A DNA stretch of 32,000 nucleotides, from NCBI GenBank assembly GCA_021498095.1, contig JAIZWK010000001.1:3030001-3062000 (forward strand). The letters run 5' to 3'. Under the pieces are notes generated by a model. The model did no database searches, had not been told where the DNA came from, and saw nothing but the letters and a program-made list of their open reading frames with translations. Source of the DNA: Candidatus Harpocratesius repetitus. Lineage in GTDB: Archaea > Asgardarchaeota > Lokiarchaeia > Sigyniarchaeales > Promethearchaeaceae. Positions 1 through 9,984 of the stretch are shown here, piece after piece. Made by a program: the position numbers and the translations under genes. The first letter of the stretch is position 1, and each line of letters begins with the position of its first letter.

Positions 1-1
1 T

Positions 2-2905
2 CGTATAAAGGAGATTTTACTGGTATCAAGTGCATATGATAATTTTATCTTGGAAGAAGATGGTAGATTATCTGACCAAATATATGCAGAATTTCACGAT
101 CTAAACTTAAGGACATTACCCCATATTACTAGAGTTTCATCTGTAAACGAAGCAATTAATCAACTTAAGGAAAAAAAATTTGATTTAGTTGTTACTATGA
201 GAAGGCTATTTGAGATAGATCCATATGAATTTGGAAAACAACTTAAAGAGATACAAGACATTCCTGTTGTTCTATTGCTTACAAGTCTTTCAGAAATCAA
301 TTTTTTCCCAGATTTTTGTAAAAAGAGAGAAGGTATAGATCTAACATTCCTATGGAACGGAGATAGCGCTATATTTATCTCATTAACAAAATTGATTGAA
401 GATCGAATGAATTTGAAATATGATACAGAACATGGGCTTGTCCGTGTTATTATTATTATCGAAGATTCCATTAGATTCTATTCATTATATCTTCCTCTGA
501 TATACAGCGAAATTATGCGGCAAGTTCAATTTTTAATTCACGAAGGTGTAAATGATTACTATCGACTGTTACAAATGAAAGCACGACCGAAAATTGTTTT
601 AACACATACCTATGAAGAAGCAATGAAGTTTTATGAAGAATATAAAGAATATATAATAGGAATAATCTCAGATATTGAATTTCCACGAAATAACAAAATC
701 GATAAAAATGCAGGAATTGATTTCATTAAAATGGTAAAAGATGAAGCTCCAACAATTCCTGCGATTTTACAATCTAGCAATATCCAATATGAGAAAAAAG
801 CGCATGAGATCAATGCTTATTTCATTCATAAAGAATCTAAGACACTATTAGAAGATATAAGGAATTTTATGATTCAATACATGGGTTTTGGTGATTTCAT
901 CTTCAGATTAAAAAATGGCAAACAAGTAGGCAAGGCATCTAATTTACGGGAATTTAAAGAGGAAATAGAACATATTCCAATTGAATCTCTATATTTTCAT
1001 GCAACTCATGATAATTTTTCTGGATGGTTAATGGCCAGGGGAGAATTTAGAGTTGCTTCAATACTAAAATCAAAACATATCGAGGATTTTAAATCATTAG
1101 AAATGATCAGAAAATTCTTACTTGAATCTGTTCAATATTTGCTAGTTCAACAGAAAAATGTCGTAACTGATTTTAGAAGAAACAATTATAATCCAGAATC
1201 AAATTTTATAAGATTAAGACCTGGTTCTTTAGGAGGAAAGGGAAGAGGGCTTGCATTTCTCATGTTTATTTTGAATCCATACAATCTTACTCATTTTCCA
1301 ACAGTTGAAATTTCAATTCCGCAAACGATTGCTATTGGTACTGATGAATTCGATAATTTTATGAAAAGAAACCATTTGTATGAAATTTCTCTATCCAATG
1401 AGTTGGAAGAAGAAGAACTTTTTAAAATTTTTAAAAAAGCCAAATTATCTAAAAGTTTGAAAGAAGATCTAAAAATTATTTTAAAAGATTGGAAAAATCA
1501 TCCAATTGCTGTAAGAAGCTCATCTATAGTCGAAGACTCACAATTTCAACCATTTGCTGGAGTATTTGGAACCTACATGATATCAAACCAAGAACGAGAC
1601 CTAAATTCACGTTTAGAGCGAGTTCTTGAAGCAATTAAAATGGTTTATGCATCTACTTTCTCGAAAATGGCAAAAACTAATAGTAAAGCACTAAATTTGC
1701 GTATAGATGAAGTAAAAATGGGAGTTTTAATTCAGAAAGTTGTTGGTCGAAAATATGCAGAGAGCCAGCATTATTATCCAAATTTTTCAGGAATTGCAAG
1801 TAGTTACAATTATTATCCCGTAGGTAAAATGAAGTCGCATGATGGTATTGCTTTTTTAGCGTTAGGTTTAGGAAGAACAATTGTTAATGGAGGTTTAGCG
1901 AGAACTTTCTGTCCAAATTATCCAAAACTTCAGATTTGTTCTGATGTAAAAGAACAATTAAAAAGTAGTCAAACAGAATTTTTTGCGATTGATTTAAACA
2001 CTAAAACCAAACATATTAAAAATGAAGAGTCTTATCTTGTAAAATTAAATATTCTTGATGCAAAAAGAGATGGAAGTTTGGAGATGATTGCTGATACCTA
2101 TAACATCCAAAATGATGTGATTCAATCAGGTTATTGGGACGAAAAAATAGGTCCACCAATAATCACTTTTAATCGTCAATTGTTATACGACGATTCTTTT
2201 CCTTTACCTAAAATAGTTAAAGAAATACTGATTCTCGGTGAAAGAACAATGGGATGTCCTGTTGAAATTGAATTTGCGGGTAATTTTAGACAAAATGAGC
2301 AGGAAAAACATTCATTTAATTTACTTCAAATTCGACCTAGTATTGAAATTTTCCAAAAAGAAATTGAAGAAATTGAGTTAGGAGAAAATGAAAAGATATT
2401 AGCATATTCTTCATCTTTTTCTGGTAATAATATTATTAAAAATATTCAAGATATTGTATACATTAAGCCAGCAAATTTTGATGTTCTTAAAACTTTAGAT
2501 ATGGTTGCAGAGATTGATGAATTTAATAATAAATTAGTTTCCCAGAAAAAACCATATCTACTAATCGTATTTGGCCGACTAGGCACATTTGATAAATTTT
2601 TAGGAATTCCAGTTAAAGAATATAATATCAGTGGTGCAAAAGTTATTATTGAAACAGGGACAAAAGATTTTCAAATAGAAAAAAGCCAAGGAACACATTT
2701 TTTTCAAAATATGGTTAGTATGAAAACAGGTTATTTATACATTAATCATAATTCAGAAACAGATTTTATAGATTGGGAATGGCTTGAAAAACAAAATATT
2801 TCGGAGGATAAGCAATATTTTGCCCATATAGAATTCTCTGAACCTTTAACTATTATACTAGATGGAAAACGAAAAATTGCATTGATTCAGAAACCAGAAA
2901 AATAA
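2..2905 (+). CDS. Receiver-domain-fused PEP/pyruvate-binding-domain (PEP synthase/PPDK-like) protein, 5'-truncated by the window edge
   Basis: The frame is open from position 2 (RIKEILLVSSAYDNFILEEDGRL), so the TTG at 50 is not the true start. It has two receiver-like segments (e.g. IIGIISDIEFP), then GSLGGKGRGLAF, PIAVRSSSIVEDS, FAGVFGTY and ALGLGRTIV motifs of the PPDK N-terminal domain family. No phospho-His swivel domain is evident. Confidence 0.85.
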   Translation, partial: RIKEILLVSSAYDNFILEEDGRLSDQIYAEFHDLNLRTLPHITRVSSVNEAINQLKEKKFDLVVTMRRLFEIDPYEFGKQLKEIQDIPVVLLLTSLSEINFFPDFCKKREGIDLTFLWNGDSAIFISLTKLIEDRMNLKYDTEHGLVRVIIIIEDSIRFYSLYLPLIYSEIMRQVQFLIHEGVNDYYRLLQMKARPKIVLTHTYEEAMKFYEEYKEYIIGIISDIEFPRNNKIDKNAGIDFIKMVKDEAPTIPAILQSSNIQYEKKAHEINAYFIHKESKTLLEDIRNFMIQYMGFGDFIFRLKNGKQVGKASNLREFKEEIEHIPIESLYFHATHDNFSGWLMARGEFRVASILKSKHIEDFKSLEMIRKFLLESVQYLLVQQKNVVTDFRRNNYNPESNFIRLRPGSLGGKGRGLAFLMFILNPYNLTHFPTVEISIPQTIAIGTDEFDNFMKRNHLYEISLSNELEEEELFKIFKKAKLSKSLKEDLKIILKDWKNHPIAVRSSSIVEDSQFQPFAGVFGTYMISNQERDLNSRLERVLEAIKMVYASTFSKMAKTNSKALNLRIDEVKMGVLIQKVVGRKYAESQHYYPNFSGIASSYNYYPVGKMKSHDGIAFLALGLGRTIVNGGLARTFCPNYPKLQICSDVKEQLKSSQTEFFAIDLNTKTKHIKNEESYLVKLNILDAKRDGSLEMIADTYNIQNDVIQSGYWDEKIGPPIITFNRQLLYDDSFPLPKIVKEILILGERTMGCPVEIEFAGNFRQNEQEKHSFNLLQIRPSIEIFQKEIEEIELGENEKILAYSSSFSGNNIIKNIQDIVYIKPANFDVLKTLDMVAEIDEFNNKLVSQKKPYLLIVFGRLGTFDKFLGIPVKEYNISGAKVIIETGTKDFQIEKSQGTHFFQNMVSMKTGYLYINHNSETDFIDWEWLEKQNISEDKQYFAHIEFSEPLTIILDGKRKIALIQKPEK

Positions 2906-2975
2906 AAAAATACAGAAAAACAAAAGTTGATAAACACTAAATTCAAATAAATTGAAAAAAAGAGAGTATTGAAAG

Positions 2976-4349
2976 ATGGCATTTACTTTACCTATTAAAA
3001 AGCGAAAATGTCCACGATGTGGAGAAAAGATCTTAGATTGTTTCGTTGAAATTTGTCCAAAATGTGGTTTTCAATTAGATAAAACCCCAAAACCTACTGC
3101 GCCAGAATTTTTTCTAAAAAAGAGTCAAGAATTTCTTGAAAATGTGGAAAATTCTACTAATCAAGAATATCACGAAACAAAAATTCAAAAATTTAAAAAA
3201 TCAAATGTTTCGAGTAAACAAAATGCACATCTTTCTTTCATAAAATCTTTGAAAATTCAAAAAAATCCTGAGATAATTTCCAGTTCATTTGAATCCAGTC
3301 AAAAAGAAGAAAGAAATTCCTTAAAAATAAAGGATTTTAAAATTCAAAAATTAAAAATCGATGGATCTATTGCCAAATTAAAAACAGATACAAAAGTAAC
3401 ACGTATACAAGTTGAACAAGAAAAGATACCTTTAGGTATTTCAGGTGAATACATCAAGTATATTGGAATAATTACTAAAGAACGTGAAAAGATATTTAGC
3501 TTAAACAAGACTTTTACATATTTACTTGATTTATCGATAAATTTGGAATATATTGCAACTTCTATCTTAAGTGGTCAACTAGATCGGATGTTTTTAGCTT
3601 CTAGTGATGGAAAAGAACAAGAAATCTGTTACTTTGCAGAACAAAAAGAATTTTTATTTGTTTTATATGGAAAAATCCCTGAGAAAAAGGCAAATTGGCT
3701 CACACAACAACTAATTATATCTGTAAAGGATTATTTTCATCACAAAAATATTAATCAAATGACTAAGTTGGAAAAATATGAAATTAGTCAAAAATTCCGA
3801 TCAAAAATTAAATTCCTTTTAGAAACGATAATAGATCTTAATGATGTTTTTACATCCACTCCAATAAAAACACTTTCAAAAGGTTTTAGGGTAGATTATT
3901 TTGGTCTTAGTTATCAATCAATCGGTGTTTTATCCAAAATGATTACGACTGAATTAAAACTTAAGGATTTACCACCACTTTCAAGTGTAAATGAGGATGA
4001 TTTTGATGACATGATTGAACTACAAGAAGCAATAATAACAGCTAAAGTAGAAGCTATTGCTGCAAATACTTTTGCAAATACATTAATGACACCAGAATGG
4101 ATATCAGTCAAGTTAGGGTTTCAACAATATCGTTTTATCATTTTTTCACATATAAATGACTATTATTTGTCTTTATTAGCTGAAGGAAACTTAGAATTAC
4201 GTAAAAAAATCTTTTCTGAACTTACACCCCTATTGATGAATCTAACGAATCATCCTTTCGTTGGGATTCTTACTGAATATTCTGAGGCGGCACCTCGAAT
4301 TGTTGAATTTTTACAAAAAATGAATAAAACTAAATTTGATTCCTCTTAA
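2976..4349 (+). CDS. Hypothetical protein with N-terminal zinc ribbon and possible longin-like C-terminal domains
   Basis: 457-aa ORF: CPRC-x11-CPKC at the N-terminus, a K/S/Q-rich linker, then two alpha/beta modules. The fold call is inference. Confidence 0.6.
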   Translation: MAFTLPIKKRKCPRCGEKILDCFVEICPKCGFQLDKTPKPTAPEFFLKKSQEFLENVENSTNQEYHETKIQKFKKSNVSSKQNAHLSFIKSLKIQKNPEIISSSFESSQKEERNSLKIKDFKIQKLKIDGSIAKLKTDTKVTRIQVEQEKIPLGISGEYIKYIGIITKEREKIFSLNKTFTYLLDLSINLEYIATSILSGQLDRMFLASSDGKEQEICYFAEQKEFLFVLYGKIPEKKANWLTQQLIISVKDYFHHKNINQMTKLEKYEISQKFRSKIKFLLETIIDLNDVFTSTPIKTLSKGFRVDYFGLSYQSIGVLSKMITTELKLKDLPPLSSVNEDDFDDMIELQEAIITAKVEAIAANTFANTLMTPEWISVKLGFQQYRFIIFSHINDYYLSLLAEGNLELRKKIFSELTPLLMNLTNHPFVGILTEYSEAAPRIVEFLQKMNKTKFDSS

Positions 4350-4455
4350 AATTCAACATTATAGTAGCTAAAGGGAAACGAAATTTTTTAACACCTAAAA
4401 ATCTAATACAATAGTAAGAAAGAATATAGAGCATTTAGAAAAACAGTGGGCCCAT

Positions 4456-5544
4456 ATGAGTGAACGAAGAATAAATGTAATTTGTCCTATATGTAAAAAT
4501 GCAGGGAGAATTCCCGTTCCTGTGGATGTTGTCAAGAAAAAAGAGACCGGTGCGACATCAGTGTTTATTCCAGCAGGAATGGTCTGCGAACATTCATTTT
4601 ATGCATATGTAGATAAAAATTTTGATGTACGCGATTATTTGGTACTGGAATATTCCTTAATGGATGATGAAAAGAAAGTCGAAAATCTAAAAAATGACAT
4701 TTTAAGACGTGCAGATGAGTTTAATATCACTTATGCTAATGTTACCAAATTTATTAGCGAAGATGATTTACGTATTTTACTTTTTGCTGGATTTATAGGA
4801 ACTCAATTACTTCTCATTGAAAATGATACAGAATCTGAACGATTTTGCGTTTTATTTACTTACCTCTCTAAATTATTCCCAACAGTAGCACGAGATGCCA
4901 AAATTTTTCCAGCAGATCAATTCTTAGAATACAATGATTCACATAAGGAAAAACTGAAAAAATTTACAATTTATAATGTAGTTTATAAGTTAATAGTCCA
5001 AAAACCTTTCAGTGCAATTTCTACCGAACCCTTAGAATATTTATTTGATATGATCAAGAAAACACCTCCTAAGCTTCAAATAGTTTATGCAAAAAACTTC
5101 TTTGATTATCTAATCAAGTTTTCTGAAGAAATCAAAAAAGGAGATATGCAAAAAACAGATAAAATTCAAAAAACCCTTCGAAAAAAGTATCCTCGACAAG
5201 CTGAATACTTCACACCAGAATTAATTCAATTAATGCGTGATCGGAATGAAATCATTGAAAAACTTCAAAAAGTCGAGGGTGAAGCAGAAATCGTTTTGAA
5301 ATTAGATGATAAAACTTTATTCATGTATAATGATGAAACACATATCAGACAGGCAGAGATGTTGCCAGATCTTTTAGAAAAGCATACTTTACGAACGTTA
5401 CGAAAGGAAAAAACAATTACACTCAAACATTTGATTGATGAATTACGAAAAATTGCAGCTGATCAATTATTAAAATTTGATTATGCGCGTGTGCCAGATA
5501 TACTGGATGAATTTGTGATTAAAGGTTATATCATGAAATTATAA
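4456..5544 (+). CDS. Hypothetical protein with N-terminal CPxC...CxH metal-binding module
   Basis: 362-aa ORF with ICPICK ... VCEHSFYAYVDKNF. The remainder is not recognised. Confidence 0.6.
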   Translation: MSERRINVICPICKNAGRIPVPVDVVKKKETGATSVFIPAGMVCEHSFYAYVDKNFDVRDYLVLEYSLMDDEKKVENLKNDILRRADEFNITYANVTKFISEDDLRILLFAGFIGTQLLLIENDTESERFCVLFTYLSKLFPTVARDAKIFPADQFLEYNDSHKEKLKKFTIYNVVYKLIVQKPFSAISTEPLEYLFDMIKKTPPKLQIVYAKNFFDYLIKFSEEIKKGDMQKTDKIQKTLRKKYPRQAEYFTPELIQLMRDRNEIIEKLQKVEGEAEIVLKLDDKTLFMYNDETHIRQAEMLPDLLEKHTLRTLRKEKTITLKHLIDELRKIAADQLLKFDYARVPDILDEFVIKGYIMKL

Positions 5545-5624
5545 ATAAAAACAAAAAATTTTTTTTCAATTTTCTTTGATTATAATTAAATTCTTTAATT
5601 TTCAATATAATATTTCTTTGATCT

Positions 5625-6284
5625 TTAATCAAATGAAAAATCATCTTGAAGTATTTTCCAAAATCGTTCAGCTAACGCTTCACAATTTGCTTTAGCTACT
5701 CCAGAAATATCAGTAGATTTTCTAAAATCTGTAAGTTCCATTTTCTGACTGGTTTCTGTAGGAAAATTTGCCATCAAAACAGGATGACCCAATGCGCCAA
5801 TCACAATCATTCCTTGAATTAATGCATATTGGATGAGTGAATTTTGGACTACATTCAATCCCCCAGCGCGCAATCCAGAAGTTACAATAACAGAAAAGAG
5901 TTTATTCTTAAGTTTATATTTTGCCATTTTTAAAGGTCGGCTGCGATCAATTAAATCTTTTACTAATCCTGAAACATTTGAAAAATAGGTTGGTGTTGCG
6001 ATAATAATTGCCGATGCTTTTAGCATTTTTTCCGAAATTATTTTAAAATCATCATTCTCATCCAAAGGACATAAATAAGGCTTGCGAAGACAATTATCAC
6101 AAGCCGAGCAATGTTTAACACGAAAATCAGTCAAATGCATAATTTCAATGTCTATTTTCTGCATTTGTTTATTATTTTCATTATCATTCAAAGATTGAAT
6201 TTTATCTTGAAATATTTTCGCTAGTGAATAAGTTAATCCATTTTTTCGAGGAGAACCGTTTATAATCAATATAGATTTATTCAT
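5625..6284 (-). CDS. Iron-sulfur flavoprotein (Isf) / NADPH-dependent FMN reductase family
   Basis: INGSPRKNGLT FMN-binding loop, CSACDNCLRKPYLC (Cx2Cx2Cx6C) Fe-S motif, ATPTYFSNVSGLVKDLIDR. Confidence 0.9.
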   Translation of the reverse strand: MNKSILIINGSPRKNGLTYSLAKIFQDKIQSLNDNENNKQMQKIDIEIMHLTDFRVKHCSACDNCLRKPYLCPLDENDDFKIISEKMLKASAIIIATPTYFSNVSGLVKDLIDRSRPLKMAKYKLKNKLFSVIVTSGLRAGGLNVVQNSLIQYALIQGMIVIGALGHPVLMANFPTETSQKMELTDFRKSTDISGVAKANCEALAERFWKILQDDFSFD

Positions 6285-6388
6285 GTGTTATTTTTTCTCT
6301 TGCTCCTTAAAAAAGAATTCGATTTACTCTTTACGGATGAATAATTAAGAAATTTATTATAAAATAGAAAAAAGAGAACAACAGAAAT

Positions 6389-7150
6389 TTATGGAGATTC
6401 TAAAGATTTTATCGGAACAATTATAGTAAAATGCGATTTGTACAATTCAGAATGGCTCAATTCTTTAATTTCATCCAATAAATCAACTTCCATTTCCCCT
6501 TCCTTCATCCGAATAAATGTATGATCTTTATATTTATGTTCTTCATCAACAAATACATCAACCATTTGAATATGGTCTGCTTCTAAGTTAGGATTGAATG
6601 AAATATTCATAGAAAATAATATGTCTGCCTTTGGATCTTCAAGTAGAAACAAAAATTTTGCCTGTTGACTTACAATCATTTCACCGAGATTGAAGAATAA
6701 AGATTCAACTCCAGTAACAATCGCTTTTGTTGCATTTTTCCCTTTCAATATATTTTTGGTATAATCTTGCATTTCTGGTGTAAGGATTTTAAATTTACCT
6801 GGAAGAAGATTCTTTCTCTCATAATCACTTAGATATTTGGTAAATAAAGGTGAAGTGGGTTCATTAATGAATGTATCAGAAATTCTCTCACTTTTATGAT
6901 AAATAACCATTTGATGATGATATGATAACCCAGACATTACTTTTGTGTAATACATTTTCTTTTCAGGATCATATGGAAGAATAAGGCGTGTTTTTGCACC
7001 CATTCCCAACTGTTGCATCATGGCTTCAGGACCACCGGCATCTAAATTTAAAATCAGAAGAAGAAATTTTCGAAAATCAGAAATTTCGAAATAATTATGA
7101 AATTCTTCAAATTTTGTAACTGCAAATTGATATTTTTCTAAAGAGTTCAT
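6389..7150 (-). CDS. Hypothetical protein
   Basis: 253-aa ORF with protein-like composition, collinear with its neighbours. No motif recognised. Confidence 0.6.
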   Translation of the reverse strand: MNSLEKYQFAVTKFEEFHNYFEISDFRKFLLLILNLDAGGPEAMMQQLGMGAKTRLILPYDPEKKMYYTKVMSGLSYHHQMVIYHKSERISDTFINEPTSPLFTKYLSDYERKNLLPGKFKILTPEMQDYTKNILKGKNATKAIVTGVESLFFNLGEMIVSQQAKFLFLLEDPKADILFSMNISFNPNLEADHIQMVDVFVDEEHKYKDHTFIRMKEGEMEVDLLDEIKELSHSELYKSHFTIIVPIKSLESP

Positions 7151-7243
7151 ATTTAAGATTAAGAAAGGATCTCTTTAAAAGAGTAGTAATTAAGCACTTT
7201 GGCTCACTTTTTCAAATAATAAACTTAAAATTTTCATCTTTAC

Positions 7244-7846
7244 TTAAAAATCACGCTGAATAATTGGCAAATCTTTGACATATTTATCAATTTTCATATA
7301 AGGTAATTTCTTTGAAAGTAATGGGGAATCTCGATTATCGATCCAGTATTCTACTAAAATAGTTGGCATTTTTCCACCATATTGAGCAAAATATTTAACC
7401 CGATGATGACCATCATGACATACATAGTTATAACGACTATCATCCTTAATAAGCCAGACAATAACTGGTGGAATCGGTTTTTGAGTTTGTATCATGTAAG
7501 GAATACCTGCTTTTAGCATCTCATAGGTATCGTAATCAAGTGAATCCTCAGTAGCCCAAACCATATGAGGATTGATAAAGGTTTGCCTCCAACTTAATCC
7601 TTGACCATTAAAGAGTGGTAATCGTAGCTGCATTAATACTTTTTGAATACCTCGCTCAATATCAAACTCCACACCCCACATACTATGCTGTAAAAATGAG
7701 AGATAAGCCAATTCGGGAACCATGGGATCTTTCACGCGTAAGAACATTTTTCGAATATCTGAAAGCGAAAAATGTTTTAAATGCTCTGGAGTAAATTCAG
7801 AAACATTAATGAACTGCCATTTAATTTCGGGTTTTTGAAATTGCAT
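7244..7846 (-). CDS. ParB/sulfiredoxin-fold protein
   Basis: PPVIVW ... YVCHDGHHRV, the DGHHR motif of the ParB N-terminal/Srx fold. Confidence 0.75.
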   Translation of the reverse strand: MQFQKPEIKWQFINVSEFTPEHLKHFSLSDIRKMFLRVKDPMVPELAYLSFLQHSMWGVEFDIERGIQKVLMQLRLPLFNGQGLSWRQTFINPHMVWATEDSLDYDTYEMLKAGIPYMIQTQKPIPPVIVWLIKDDSRYNYVCHDGHHRVKYFAQYGGKMPTILVEYWIDNRDSPLLSKKLPYMKIDKYVKDLPIIQRDF

Positions 7847-8017
7847 GAAATGATCGCCATTTAATTTTGAAGATTATTTTTAATTAATCTCTTGTTTTTA
7901 TTTTCATTTTTTTATAATCTTTTTTTTGAGTAATTCTCAATAGACATTTTGATAAGATGTCGTTTCATTATGGATATCTATGATTTTCTATTAATTTTTA
8001 TTAATTTATATGAATTT

Positions 8018-8596
8018 CTATGAAATAATCACAGAAAAATTCCGAGTGCGGGATACAGGTAGATCTATCACGCGTTTTTGAATTTGGAACGCATATCGGA
8101 ATTTGTCTTCCATTTGATCATAATTTCCAATGGGTTCTAGCAGCACCACTTGAACCCTTTTTCGTATACGGTGAAAAAAATATGCGCGATGATGACCATC
8201 ATGTACAATCATTCGCATCTTTTGTGAATCGAAAAAATTCCAGACAACAATTGGAGGAAAAGTATCTCCAATACTTTGAGTATATTTATAAGCTGCTTCA
8301 ACCATTATCAATTTAGCACTTTCTAAACCATCTTGCGAAGCCCATAGAAATGCAGGTTCGACCATCTTCAAACTTGCAATGACATTGCGTTCCTTAACAT
8401 TTAACTGCTGACATGCAAATTTTTTTAATGATTCGGGTGTTTTTCCCTTTAACCAATGCGTTCTTCTTAAAAATGAATCATATCCTACCTTATTATCAAT
8501 TGGATTCTTAGATATTAACAATTGATAAATATCCATTGGATTTTTATGATATTTTAATGAAGATCTGGATGGTGAGCCTGAAAGCGGAGGAGTCAT
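8018..8596 (-). CDS. ParB/sulfiredoxin-fold protein (paralog of neighbour)
   Basis: PPIVVW ... IVHDGHHRA. It shares C-terminal layout with 7244..7846. Confidence 0.75.
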   Translation of the reverse strand: MTPPLSGSPSRSSLKYHKNPMDIYQLLISKNPIDNKVGYDSFLRRTHWLKGKTPESLKKFACQQLNVKERNVIASLKMVEPAFLWASQDGLESAKLIMVEAAYKYTQSIGDTFPPIVVWNFFDSQKMRMIVHDGHHRAYFFHRIRKRVQVVLLEPIGNYDQMEDKFRYAFQIQKRVIDLPVSRTRNFSVIIS

Positions 8597-8699
8597 AAAA
8601 TAGTTGCCTTCGAATGCACAGAATTATTAGAATTCATGTGTGATACAATTTGTCATTGGTTTTGATTGGTTAAATATTTTTATTCGCTTTTTATTTTAA

Positions 8700-9932
8700 T
8701 TATACTCCTAAAAGTGAATAGAATGTCAATCCAATAATTGCAACACCAGATAATATTCGAAGTATTGGGCGATATTTTATCCTTATTTGGTTAATCTTTT
8801 CTGATTCACTTCCACGAAGCAAGAGAATTAAAACAATTATTAATGGAAGAATTAATCCTAAGTAGAAAAATCCTAAATTTAAAGCAAAGAAAATAGGATT
8901 TTCGACTAACCCCATAAATAACGAAATCATTATGGCGCCAATGCAGGGAATTTTGATTAATGAAAAAATGAATCCTAATATAAAGCCATAAATAAAAGAT
9001 CCTTTACGTAGCATTTTAGATACAAACTTTTTTACTAAATCTGGTGTAGAAAATAACTTACTTTTCTCAGAAAATGAATCAAGAATATACCAGATTCCCA
9101 ATCCAATCATAATACCTCCCAAAATCCACTTAAAGCCAGTTAAATAAATCAAATTTGCTAATGCTTCAAACGTGCCTATAATTATCAAACCAAGCAAAAT
9201 ATACATACATATTATTCCTAACGACAATCCGGAAAAAATTTTTACAAATTGACTCTTGTTTAATTTTTCTGCAGAAAAACTTGGTGTTACAACAGCTAAA
9301 ATCAGAATAATACAAGGAGATAATCCTGTTAACACACCAGAAACGAACGAAATCCATGGTGTAATTTCGTCTCCATGTAAATTCTGATTAATTCCACCAG
9401 AAGTGTAATTTACCATAATATAATAGGTTGATTTTAATTGATCATATGTAATTTTGCTATATCCTAAACCAATTGCATAGTCTTCCTTTAAAAAAATCAC
9501 CCCTGGTGTTCCAATACGAGGTAACCTAAGATTATTTAATCGAGAGTAGTAGTATGATTCATTTACACCATATAAAACCGCGATTTTTGTGTAATTTACA
9601 GTAAAATCCATCAAAAAGCAATCAATTACAGCCTCTTTTTCAATGCAAAGAGAGCAACCAGGTTGATAATAGTATTCCATATAAATTGCGGTTGAATTAT
9701 TGCTTGAATTTGTTGATATATTATTATTAGAAATACTTGCAGAAGATTGAACTAAATTAATTTGGTCCTCATTAATTTTTTGTGAAGGAACAAATATTAT
9801 CAAGCAACAAATTCCACTAAATAATATTGTCAGTAATATTATCTTAAGTATAATTTTATTTCTGAGCGGAAATGAATGCGCAACTGAATCAGATCTACCG
9901 CATTTTGGAAAGTTACCATGCAATGTGATCAC
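8700..9932 (-). CDS. Thioredoxin-like (CxxC) domain fused to CcdA/DsbD-type membrane electron transporter
   Basis: N-terminal TM helix, YYYQPGCSLC CxxC, then a multi-TM domain with the two conserved Pro-Cys sites (GLSPC, IKIPC). The true start may be downstream of the listed ATG. Confidence 0.8.
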   Translation of the reverse strand: MITLHGNFPKCGRSDSVAHSFPLRNKIILKIILLTILFSGICCLIIFVPSQKINEDQINLVQSSASISNNNISTNSSNNSTAIYMEYYYQPGCSLCIEKEAVIDCFLMDFTVNYTKIAVLYGVNESYYYSRLNNLRLPRIGTPGVIFLKEDYAIGLGYSKITYDQLKSTYYIMVNYTSGGINQNLHGDEITPWISFVSGVLTGLSPCIILILAVVTPSFSAEKLNKSQFVKIFSGLSLGIICMYILLGLIIIGTFEALANLIYLTGFKWILGGIMIGLGIWYILDSFSEKSKLFSTPDLVKKFVSKMLRKGSFIYGFILGFIFSLIKIPCIGAIMISLFMGLVENPIFFALNLGFFYLGLILPLIIVLILLLRGSESEKINQIRIKYRPILRILSGVAIIGLTFYSLLGV

Positions 9933-9984
9933 TAAAATGAGTGAATGCGCAATTTAATAATCTTTTCATATTTATTAAAATAAT

